From the IMG/VR virus record IMGVR_UViG_3300046050_000043, positions 1-40,824 of that record: 40,824 nucleotides of DNA. One strand, written 5' to 3'. Under the pieces are notes generated by a model. It was not told where the DNA came from. It did not search any database and worked only from the letters and a program-made list of their open reading frames with translations. The position numbers and the translations under genes are program-made. Origin of the DNA: a virus (Duplodnaviria > Caudoviricetes). Positions 1 to 7,484 of the stretch are shown here, one piece after another (the first letter of the stretch is position 1; each line of letters begins with the position of its first letter).

Positions 1-75
1 AACAGATTGGCGACGTCCTTGAAACGCGGGCGTGGGTCGCCGCTGCCGGTGCAGCCGCTCGCCGGCTGATAACCA

Positions 76-805
76 CCGGCGTGTCACCACACGGTGGCAC
101 ACGCGCCGGGGCTGCAGGTGTGTGGCACGATGCACGAGTCATCCCCCAACCTGGTCACGGCCCGCGAGCGTCCCGAGCGAAGCCCTGTTCTCACGAACGC
201 AACCCTTCGACTCAGCCACACACCGCGCTCTGCGGGCATGACACCCCCGGCCGGACACCACCCGGGCCCTCGAACGGCTCGCGGGATGGGATGCCCCGGC
301 CGGGGCTCCCCCTCACCCTCACCGTCACCTGTTCGTGTTCCCGCGATCACTCCGCGGGACCCGCCCGCCGGCTTCCCTCCTCGTAGGTACCCACTGATCG
401 GAGAGTGCATCCCGCCGGCGGGCGGCCCCCCCGCCGCCAAGGCTGTCGGACCCCGCCTCGATGATCTGTGCCGCGGAGACGAGGCCGTAGAGGCGGCCGG
501 GTTCGAGTCCCGACGGCGGCACTCCCCCTCACGCAAGCGGGATCGCGCCGCCGTGCCCGCGGATGGAAAGATGCGGGACGCCACGCGCCACCGATCCCGC
601 ACGCCCGCCCAGCCCCACCGTGACCCTGATCCCGATCCTGGTCACCCAAGCCCCCACCCGGAGGCTTCCAGTCGTCATCCCAACCCGGCTGGGCGGCTCC
701 CCCTCCCCCCTTATCACGGGTCACGAGTCCGGGCCCAAGCACCCACGCCTTCCCGCCTCCACGATAGCCAATACACCCGGGTGCTTGGGCCCGACTCCCC
801 CACCA
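76..805 (+). ncRNA. Putative structured non-coding RNA region (series of stem-loops); strand assumed
   Basis: Inverted repeats 117-126/215-224, 245-254/296-305, 403-408/519-524, 453-459/490-496, 537-545/592-600, 730-744/779-793; ORFs here are Pro/Arg-rich and unlike the acidic proteome. Confidence 0.5.
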
Positions 806-818
806 GGAGGATGATCGC

Positions 819-1094
819 ATGACCCCGGACGAGACCCGGGACGGGGTTCCGGACCATGTCCCGGCCGAGCTCGCGGACACCGCGATCATCCCCTCCCACC
901 CCAACCCCGACAAGGACCGTGAGACCGCGAACCCCCCCAAGCCGCCGGTCACCACCCAGAACTTCCCCGCACGGTGCCCCGCGTGCGACAGCATCCATCT
1001 CGACATCCACTCCCCCGTGGCCCGCAGCGTCACGATCGCCGACTGCCAAGAGTGCTCGTGGGAGGACACCAAGCCGTGGGGGGACGCATCGTGA
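819..1094 (+). CDS. Small zinc-ribbon protein (CPAC...CQEC)
   Basis: GGAGG RBS upstream, two CxxC motifs, acidic. Confidence 0.75.
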   Translation: MTPDETRDGVPDHVPAELADTAIIPSHPNPDKDRETANPPKPPVTTQNFPARCPACDSIHLDIHSPVARSVTIADCQECSWEDTKPWGDAS

Positions 1095-1330
1095 CGGAGC
1101 CCGACACGGAGACGGGCCCGACGGCCGCGGCCCCGTGCGCGTTCTGCGATCAGCCACGGACCGAGGCCATCCACGGCGCCCCCCCGCAGATCAGGATCGA
1201 CGGCACCCTGCACCCCGCGTGCGTGGACTGCCGGCGCGGCTACAGCGCGAACGCCGCGCTGGGCCGGCAGGTGCTCCGCGCCCTCCTGCACGGGGACGAG
1301 GACGCGACCCTCACGGAGGACCTCTCGTGA
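1091..1330 (+). CDS. Small zinc-finger protein (CAFC...CVDC)
   Basis: GTGA overlap with previous stop; C-terminal part of ORF 974..1330. Confidence 0.7.
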   Translation: MTEPDTETGPTAAAPCAFCDQPRTEAIHGAPPQIRIDGTLHPACVDCRRGYSANAALGRQVLRALLHGDEDATLTEDLS

Positions 1331-1416
1331 CCACCCCCACTCTTCCCCTCACGCTCACGCTCAGGACCCCTCCTACGATTGTCCGGTCATCTTGCTTGGA
1401 GGTGGTTGCCGGGTAG

Positions 1417-1587
1417 TGTGACTGTCACATGACTGTGACACGCCGGCGAGAGCCGCCAACGCGCCCCAAAAAGAAGCAACCGAGCCACGGCTCTACTGAT
1501 TGGTTACTGATTTGAAAGGGGAGTCTGAGGGGAAAACTTTGCCGCTCACGCCTCGCGGCGCGTGTCACATGTCTGTGACATGTCACA
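1417..1587. promoter_or_regulatory. Two mutually inverted operator blocks built from TGTCACA/TGTGACA, flanking AT-richer promoter-like DNA
   Basis: TGTCACA-N4-TGTGACA at 1423-1440 and 1563-1580, each with a third half-site; AAAACTTT at about 1533-1540. Confidence 0.75.
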
Positions 1588-1607
1588 AAACCACGGGAAG
1601 GGTTACC

Positions 1608-2018
1608 ATGACCGGAGGAAGCCTCAACGCGACGGACGCGCGACCGCGAAGCGTCACGGACGAAACCCGCAGCGCGCGCGTCTACGAAGACAGCTACGCC
1701 ACGATCCAACGCCTCAAACAGCGCCACGGCCTCAACAGCTGGGGCGAAGCGCTCCGCCGCGCGCTCACGCTCGCCCAACGCACCACGCCCGGCGTCTTCG
1801 ACGCCTACCCCTACGCCACCCAGCTCACGCAACTCCAAGCCGAGATGAAAGGCGGCGGCCACGCAGACCACCGCGTGATCGACCGCCTGAACATTATCCT
1901 CATCAACGCGTGGAAAGACCAGGAAAACCGCGACCGGATTCTGCAAGCCGCGAGTGACGCGCTCGACGGCGTGATCCAGGACCTCGGCGACCTCGACCAA
2001 CCGGAGGACTCCCCATGA
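1608..2018 (+). CDS. Ribbon-helix-helix (CopG-like) transcription regulator
   Basis: TRSARVYEDSYATIQRLKQRHGLNSWGEALRRAL fits the RHH strand-helix-helix pattern; lies directly behind the palindromic operators; ATG at 1608. Confidence 0.6.
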   Translation: MTGGSLNATDARPRSVTDETRSARVYEDSYATIQRLKQRHGLNSWGEALRRALTLAQRTTPGVFDAYPYATQLTQLQAEMKGGGHADHRVIDRLNIILINAWKDQENRDRILQAASDALDGVIQDLGDLDQPEDSP

Positions 2019-2509
2019 CTCCGGACCCTCGAGCCCCCTTTGGCGGAGGGGAGAATGAGCACCGGCTCGCCTGTGACGCCGACACCGAGGCTGGGCTGGA
2101 CTGGGTGCCTGTCCGCACCGATCGCGTCGAGGAGATCGACAACAAGCCCGGATGTCTCAAGCCCGTGCTCGTCCCGAGCAACGCGCCGGCCGCGTACACG
2201 CTCAGTCTCGTGTACGAGGCGAAGAACGCGCTGGCGGCGCTGGGGCGCGCTGGCACGCGGATGCGGTACTGGGTGGTGGACGCGGACCTGGTGGCCCCGC
2301 TGTTGGTGACCCGCGGCCGGCCCAAGACACCGGGCACGGTGGCTCTCGTCGCCCCGCGCGAGGACTACCCGCCGGCCGGGACACGGGCTGCTTGCCGGGT
2401 CGGGTCGATGGCGGCCATCAGTCTCGACGCGAGCCACGTGATCGGGCTGGGTCAGTGGCCGGTCTGGTACCAAGAGCCGGAGGCCGACGACGAGGAGGGG
2501 TCCGCGTGA
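2015..2509 (+). CDS. Hypothetical protein
   Basis: ATGA overlap, GGAGG RBS. Confidence 0.65.
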   Translation: MTPDPRAPFGGGENEHRLACDADTEAGLDWVPVRTDRVEEIDNKPGCLKPVLVPSNAPAAYTLSLVYEAKNALAALGRAGTRMRYWVVDADLVAPLLVTRGRPKTPGTVALVAPREDYPPAGTRAACRVGSMAAISLDASHVIGLGQWPVWYQEPEADDEEGSA

Positions 2510-2712
2510 CGCTGAACGTGCTCGACCTGTTCAGCGCGGACGCGGCCACCTGCGACGCCGCCTTGTGCAGCCACCACGCGACCGTCGTCACGCCTGAAGG
2601 CCTCGCCTGCGACCCTTGCTGCCCGCCCGAGCACAAGCCCAGCCCGGGCCAGCGGAACGTGCTCGCACGCGTGGACGCAACACTCCAGGACGCGGGGGTG
2701 CCCATCGAATGA
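2506..2712 (+). CDS. Small Cys/His-rich protein with an N-terminal LNVLDLFS segment
   Basis: GTGA overlap, GAGGAGG RBS. Confidence 0.6.
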   Translation: MTLNVLDLFSADAATCDAALCSHHATVVTPEGLACDPCCPPEHKPSPGQRNVLARVDATLQDAGVPIE

Positions 2713-2954
2713 CCCGGCGTCTTGGGAAGCGCGACACCGCGCCGCCGCAACGCGGGCTGCACGTCGCCGGCACCGACGGCGAGTTCAGCCGACACGTCAC
2801 GTCCGACACGCCACGGTGCCCCGAATGCCAGGTCCTGTACGCGGACGAGGTGGACCGGGGCCTGTGCGACGCCTGCCAGGAGGCCTACCGAGACGCGGAG
2901 GACCAAAGCCGGCGATGGGCCGACCTGCACGACGACACGGGGGGAGACGCGTGA
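2709..2954 (+). CDS. Small zinc-finger protein (CPEC...CDAC)
   Basis: ATGA overlap; ends in GGDA. Confidence 0.65.
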   Translation: MTRRLGKRDTAPPQRGLHVAGTDGEFSRHVTSDTPRCPECQVLYADEVDRGLCDACQEAYRDAEDQSRRWADLHDDTGGDA

Positions 2955-3460
2955 CGGCGAGGGGGAGTTGGAAGCGCGTTGAGCGCCGGGTCGCCGAGCA
3001 GCTCGGCGGGGAACGCGTCCCGTTGAGCGGCGAGATGAGCAAGCACACGAGCGGGGACGTGATGCGCGTCCCGCGTTACGTGGAGGTGAAGATGCAGCCG
3101 GATCCGACCGCGCACACGCACCTCATGACGGTGCACGACAAGGCGCGGCGCTACGATCGGCGCCCGGTCGTGGTGTACGAGGCCGTCGACGGGCCCAGCT
3201 GGATCGCCACGTGGCTGGAACACTACGTGGAGGATCGGTGGCCGACCGGCGGCTACGATCTGCCGGACATCACGCTGCGCCGGCTCGAGGGCCGAGGCTT
3301 GGTTCGGCACCGGGTCGGGAAACGCCTGCCGCACCGGGCGCTTGTCGAGGACACGATCAAGGCCGCGGGCGAGGAGGACAAGCCCGCGTTGGTCGTGGTT
3401 CACAAGAAGGGCTCGCCGAAGCAGGTGGCCCTGGTTCCCTTCACGGAGGACGTCACGTGA
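2951..3460 (+). CDS. Hjc-like PD-(D/E)XK nuclease / Holliday junction resolvase
   Basis: WKRVERRVA...RVPLSG...GDV...YVEVK motif series; GTG start overlapping previous stop. Confidence 0.75.
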   Translation: MTARGSWKRVERRVAEQLGGERVPLSGEMSKHTSGDVMRVPRYVEVKMQPDPTAHTHLMTVHDKARRYDRRPVVVYEAVDGPSWIATWLEHYVEDRWPTGGYDLPDITLRRLEGRGLVRHRVGKRLPHRALVEDTIKAAGEEDKPALVVVHKKGSPKQVALVPFTEDVT

Positions 3461-3630
3461 GCATGATCAATCCCACCGACCCCGAGGAGGTTGAGGCTCT
3501 CCGCCATAATCTCAAGGTTTGCGCGTCCTTGGATGAGCGGCCGTCGGTCGCGGCGGCGGATCAGGCGGCAGACGTGCTGGAGGCGCACCTGGCCCGGCTC
3601 AGCGAGGACGAGACCGGGGGGGACGCCTGA
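3457..3630 (+). CDS. Hypothetical small protein
   Basis: GTGA overlap upstream and TGATG overlap downstream; acidic. Confidence 0.6.
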   Translation: MSMINPTDPEEVEALRHNLKVCASLDERPSVAAADQAADVLEAHLARLSEDETGGDA

Positions 3631-3821
3631 TGCCTCGCTGCCCCGAATGCGAGGCGGACGCCTACCAGGTCGACTGGAACTGGAACCGGAGGGACGGCTT
3701 CCCCGCTGACGTCGAAGAACTCCTCGTATGCGAGAACGAGCACCAGGTCGCCGTTACCTACCGCGCGGTCGAGAAGGAGACGTACAACCTCGACGAAGAC
3801 GAGCTGGGAGGGGACGCCTGA
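3630..3821 (+). CDS. Small zinc-ribbon protein (CPEC...CENEH)
   Basis: TGATG coupling on both sides. Confidence 0.7.
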   Translation: MPRCPECEADAYQVDWNWNRRDGFPADVEELLVCENEHQVAVTYRAVEKETYNLDEDELGGDA

Positions 3822-4021
3822 TGTGTAGGGTCCCGACCATCGACGACGCCACCGAGGACGACGGGGTGGGCGCCTGCAAAACCGAAGGCTGCACCCGCTC
3901 CGCAGACTTCCCGCGCTGTCGGCCCTGCCAGCGCGCCTGGAATGCCGGACACGACCACGCGCAGGACCGGGTCGAGAAGCGGCTGCAACGTCTGGTTCGG
4001 GGAGGCTACGATGCCGAGTGA
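3821..4021 (+). CDS. Small Cys-rich protein
   Basis: TGATG coupling; CKTEGC...CRPC. Confidence 0.6.
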   Translation: MCRVPTIDDATEDDGVGACKTEGCTRSADFPRCRPCQRAWNAGHDHAQDRVEKRLQRLVRGGYDAE

Positions 4022-4682
4022 CGTGACGGTGCCGGTGACGCACTGGCTGTGGCACAACGCTGAGGAACCCACGCACGACGACGTCACCAATCACGCCGCG
4101 ACGTGCGAGATGTGCGGCCGCCCCGACGAGGAGACCGCGAAGGCGTGGCACGTGCAAAGCAGCTGCTTCAGCGACCACGACCAAGCCACCGGCCCCCCGA
4201 CCGGGCGGATTTGCCGGGCCTGCACGCACGCGATGAAGACGGACGCCTACCGGCAACAGTGCTGGCTCGCCACCCCCACCCAAACCCGGTTCCTCGAAAC
4301 CGAAGGCCAGATGCAACGCGTCCGCGGCATCCTCGAGGACGTGCCCAGCGAGCCGTTCGCGTTCTTCGTCACGACGAACTTCGTCAAGCACGGCAGCTAC
4401 AAGATGGAGCCCAACCCGCCCAACCCCGACCCCATCCGCGTCTTCTACAACGCCACCCACCTCGAACTGCCCCGCACCGCCATCAACGAGCTCCTCCCGC
4501 GCCTCGACGCGGCCTACGAGCACTTTTCCAAGAAGGCGCTCCGCACGGGCGACTACCGCCCGAGCGCGATCCAAGACTACGGCCTGCGAGCCTGGAAACA
4601 GCTCGACCGCGAACTCGACGAGTATCGCGGGAGTGCCGCGTACGATTTCCTCGTCAAGCTCTGCCGAGACCAGGAGTCCTAA
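4011..4682 (+). CDS. csf1: Type IV CRISPR-Cas large subunit Csf1 (Cas8-like)
   Basis: CEMCG...FSDHD...ICRAC zinc motif and EPFAFFVTTNFVKH segment; first gene of the csf operon; GGAGG RBS before ATG 4011. Confidence 0.85.
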   Translation: MPSDVTVPVTHWLWHNAEEPTHDDVTNHAATCEMCGRPDEETAKAWHVQSSCFSDHDQATGPPTGRICRACTHAMKTDAYRQQCWLATPTQTRFLETEGQMQRVRGILEDVPSEPFAFFVTTNFVKHGSYKMEPNPPNPDPIRVFYNATHLELPRTAINELLPRLDAAYEHFSKKALRTGDYRPSAIQDYGLRAWKQLDRELDEYRGSAAYDFLVKLCRDQES

Positions 4683-4685
4683 CCC

Positions 4686-5030
4686 ATGCCTACCGACACG
4701 ATCGACGTCACCGACACCGAGCGAACCGCCGCCCGCTTGCTGCGCGCCGTCTGGAAACAAATTGACTTCGACCAAGTCGACACCGGCCGCGACATGACCA
4801 GCGAGTTCACCAGTCGTGCGCAAGCGGCCGCGAACGAACCCAACCTGAAACGCTTCCTGCAAACGCTCGCCCGCAAAATGGGCGTGCGCGGCCTCACCCA
4901 AGACCCCGACCTCTTGGAGGCGCTACAAACGGGCAACGAGGCTGAGGTGTTGGACAAGACCCGGAACGAGACCATGTTCCTGGTCTTGCTCATGCAGGAG
5001 GGCGGCGTCGACCAGGAGGTGCTCTATTAA
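4686..5030 (+). CDS. cas11: Type IV-B small subunit Cas11 (Csf4-like)
   Basis: 114 aa, predicted helical, located between csf1 and csf2 as in IV-B loci. Confidence 0.75.
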   Translation: MPTDTIDVTDTERTAARLLRAVWKQIDFDQVDTGRDMTSEFTSRAQAAANEPNLKRFLQTLARKMGVRGLTQDPDLLEALQTGNEAEVLDKTRNETMFLVLLMQEGGVDQEVLY

Positions 5031-5887
5031 TGCCACCCAGCCGCCAAGCCACCGTCCTCGAGGTCCAATCCCCCCTCCACCACGGGAGCGACGAGAACAC
5101 GGGGGTGGACAACACGTTCCGCCGCGCGAAACACGTCCACCCGGAGAAGGGCGCGATCGAGCTGCCGGTCGTGAGCGGGAACACGATTCGCCACACGTTG
5201 CGCGCCGCGCTCAGCACGCACCTGCTCCAAGCGGTGGGGCTGTACGAGGAGGACGAGGTCCCGTTGAACGTGTACTACGTGCTGTACAGCGGCGGCGCCC
5301 TGAAGAAGGGCGCGAGTACGCGGTTCGTGGAAATCGCGACCCGGCGCGATGTGCGCGACATGCTCCCCCACGTAAGCCTCCTCGGCACGGCCCTCAAGGG
5401 GGGCATGATGGAGGGCAAGCTGCAGATCGGGCACGCCGTCCCCTACACCGAACGCAGCCAACCCCTCCTCTACCCCAGCGTGGATCAGGAGCCGGGCCTG
5501 TCGACGCACCACGAAGCCCTGGACTGGTACTACCAGACGCGGAGCAAGGACGGGGAGAAGGAAGAGCAGGCTGAGCAGGTGGACGCGGATGGGGACCCGC
5601 ACCAGATGAAGTACCAGTACGAGGTGCTCGCCCCCGGCACGCCGCTGCACCACTGGACCGCGATCGACACCGACACGCAACGCGAGCACGACGCCTGGGC
5701 GAAAGCCCACCAACTCCTCCACGACAACGCCACCACGCTCGGCGGCAAGGAGGGCGTGGGGTTCGGCCAGGTCACCTGGCCCTACACGTACCCGGACGGT
5801 GACGCCAATCGGTACGAGGACTACGTCGAGGACAACGCGGAGGACATCCGCGCGTTCCTGTTGAACGAGTTGGCGGACCTCGCCTAA
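5030..5887 (+). CDS. csf2: Type IV Cas7-family RAMP backbone Csf2
   Basis: SPLHHG, LPVVSGNTIRHTLR, LYSGGAL, SLLG, GKLQIG, QMKYQYEVLAPGT and Gly-rich loop LGGKEGVGFG. Confidence 0.93.
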   Translation: MPPSRQATVLEVQSPLHHGSDENTGVDNTFRRAKHVHPEKGAIELPVVSGNTIRHTLRAALSTHLLQAVGLYEEDEVPLNVYYVLYSGGALKKGASTRFVEIATRRDVRDMLPHVSLLGTALKGGMMEGKLQIGHAVPYTERSQPLLYPSVDQEPGLSTHHEALDWYYQTRSKDGEKEEQAEQVDADGDPHQMKYQYEVLAPGTPLHHWTAIDTDTQREHDAWAKAHQLLHDNATTLGGKEGVGFGQVTWPYTYPDGDANRYEDYVEDNAEDIRAFLLNELADLA

Positions 5888-5890
5888 GCC

Positions 5891-6637
5891 ATGGACCGGG
5901 AACACGTCCAAGACCATCTCGACGCCTGGCGCGAAACCCACCATGACCCGGACCGGTTTGAGCCGGTGCGCGTCACGGCGGACCTGGCCGGCCCGGTCAG
6001 CCTCTCCAGCCCCGGCCTCCACCTGGACAGCTTGCTCGCCTACGGCGTGATGCGGACCGTGCTCGGCGACGATCTCCGCAACCTGCCCGACACCGTCACC
6101 CCCCCATTCCGTACCCCCATCCCCGTCCAGCGTGAACACATCGGGGATGCGTGGGTGTACGAGGCCACCGTGGCCACGCTGGAGGACCACGAGGGCACGA
6201 GCGTCGCGTACTGGCGCAAGCGCTACGACGAAACGCACCACCACGTGATCGAGGAGCGCAAGAACGTGGACACGGCCGGCGGGAAGTACAAGTCGTGGAA
6301 CCATCCGCTCAAGCTCGACCACGCTGACCAAGCCACGTGGCACGCTCGTGGTGACCCCGGCCTCATCCAACGCCTGCTGTCCCGCTGGGTGACGAGCATC
6401 GGGAAAAAACGCGCGCACGGCTGGGGCCAAGTCCGGGACTGGCGCCTCACCCGCGTCGACCAAGCCCCGATCGTGGACGACGAGGGCCGGGCTCGCCGGG
6501 TGCTGCCGCACGAACCCGGGCACCTCGAGCACGGGACCGGGGACGCGGTGAAGTTGGGGACTCGGCCGCCGTACTGGCACCACGAGCACCAACGCGCCGC
6601 GATCCCGCCCGGCGAACCCGTGAGTGTGATCGCGTGA
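5891..6637 (+). CDS. csf3: Type IV Cas5-family RAMP Csf3
   Basis: LHLDSLLA, WRKR, GKYK, WHARGD, Gly loop SIGKKRAHGWGQV and C-terminal RPPYW. Confidence 0.9.
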   Translation: MDREHVQDHLDAWRETHHDPDRFEPVRVTADLAGPVSLSSPGLHLDSLLAYGVMRTVLGDDLRNLPDTVTPPFRTPIPVQREHIGDAWVYEATVATLEDHEGTSVAYWRKRYDETHHHVIEERKNVDTAGGKYKSWNHPLKLDHADQATWHARGDPGLIQRLLSRWVTSIGKKRAHGWGQVRDWRLTRVDQAPIVDDEGRARRVLPHEPGHLEHGTGDAVKLGTRPPYWHHEHQRAAIPPGEPVSVIA

Positions 6638-6741
6638 GGTTCGACCGCCCCTACTGGGTCACCCCCCACCGGGTGGACCCGGACCCGCATGCCTACCACG
6701 GCATCCAGGAAACGCCCCCATCCAGCGAGGCCGACCCATGA
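6634..6741 (+). CDS. 35-aa micro-ORF between csf3 and cysH (MRFDRPYWVTPHRVDPDPHAYHGIQETPPSSEADP)
   Basis: Exactly fills the gap, with GTGA and ATGA 4-nt overlaps; GTGAT RBS-like motif upstream. Confidence 0.55.
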   Translation: MRFDRPYWVTPHRVDPDPHAYHGIQETPPSSEADP

Positions 6742-7484
6742 CGGAACCCATCTACCAACGCCGGGACCACCTCCTCGCCCAAACAAGCGAGCACCAAGAC
6801 AAGGTCAACCGCGCCAACGCACTCCTCCAAGACCACGTCCGCGACGCCGAGCAGGCCTACCTCGCCTGGAGCACCGGCAAAGACAGCACCGTGCTCCTCC
6901 ACCTCTGCCACCAGCTCGACCTCGACATCGAGGCGATCTACTATGACGCCGACGCCAAACTCCCCGGTACCACGGACTACATGGACCACGTCCGCGACGC
7001 CTACGACGTCCCCGTCCGTGTCGTGGAGACCGAGCCCATCATGGACGTGTATGAACGCGCCGGCGGCCCCCAAGCCGACGGCATCGAGCACGCAACCATG
7101 AGGGCCACCGTGTGGCGACCCGTGCGCCGCCTGGCCCGGGAGGGCTACGACCTCGGGATCGTGGGCTTGCGGGCCGAGGAGAGCAACCGTCGTGAGCAAC
7201 GGCTCAACGAGCACGGCCACGTGACCACGCACGTCGACGGCCAAACCACGCTCTACCCGCTCGCCGACTGGACGACCCAGGACGTGTGGGCCTACCATGC
7301 CCACCACCAGGTCCCCGTGCATCCCGCGTACGAGCACACCGCGTACCTCGACCGCGACGAGATCCGCACCAGCTACTGGTGCGGCGAAAGCGGCGTCCAG
7401 TACGGGCGCTGGTACTGGCTCAAACAGAACTACCCCCGCCTGTTCAACCGGTTCCGTGAGCGGTTCCCGGATGTGATCGCGTGA
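6738..7484 (+). CDS. cysH: Type IV-B-associated CysH-like (PAPS reductase family, PP-loop) protein
   Basis: WSTGKDSTVLLHL PP-loop, GLRAEESNRR, PLADWTTQDVWAY, PVHPAY; follows csf3. Confidence 0.9.
   Translation: MTEPIYQRRDHLLAQTSEHQDKVNRANALLQDHVRDAEQAYLAWSTGKDSTVLLHLCHQLDLDIEAIYYDADAKLPGTTDYMDHVRDAYDVPVRVVETEPIMDVYERAGGPQADGIEHATMRATVWRPVRRLAREGYDLGIVGLRAEESNRREQRLNEHGHVTTHVDGQTTLYPLADWTTQDVWAYHAHHQVPVHPAYEHTAYLDRDEIRTSYWCGESGVQYGRWYWLKQNYPRLFNRFRERFPDVIA

Noticed and set aside
469-525. Canonical tRNA gene
   Set aside because: Only a T-arm is convincing; no D arm or 7-nt anticodon loop, so it is reported as tRNA-like only
600-660. Short-period RCC-NN style tandem repeat as an alternative guide array
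   Set aside because: Register breaks after about three units; indistinguishable from C-rich background
745-765. Similarity of the 34-nt loop to terL at about 10511-10531 (ACGCCTTCCC..CCTCCACG)
   Set aside because: Short, gapped, same-sense match between C-rich sequences; plausible by chance
94-822. 242-aa ORF and overlapping ORFs across the hairpin region
   Set aside because: Pro/Arg/His-rich, not acidic, no RBS; typical GC-rich spurious frames, though not formally excluded
6738-7484. Dnd/Ssp phosphorothioation system or sulfate-assimilation auxiliary gene
   Set aside because: No other dnd, ssp or cys genes recognised; context directly after csf3 indicates the IV-B-associated family
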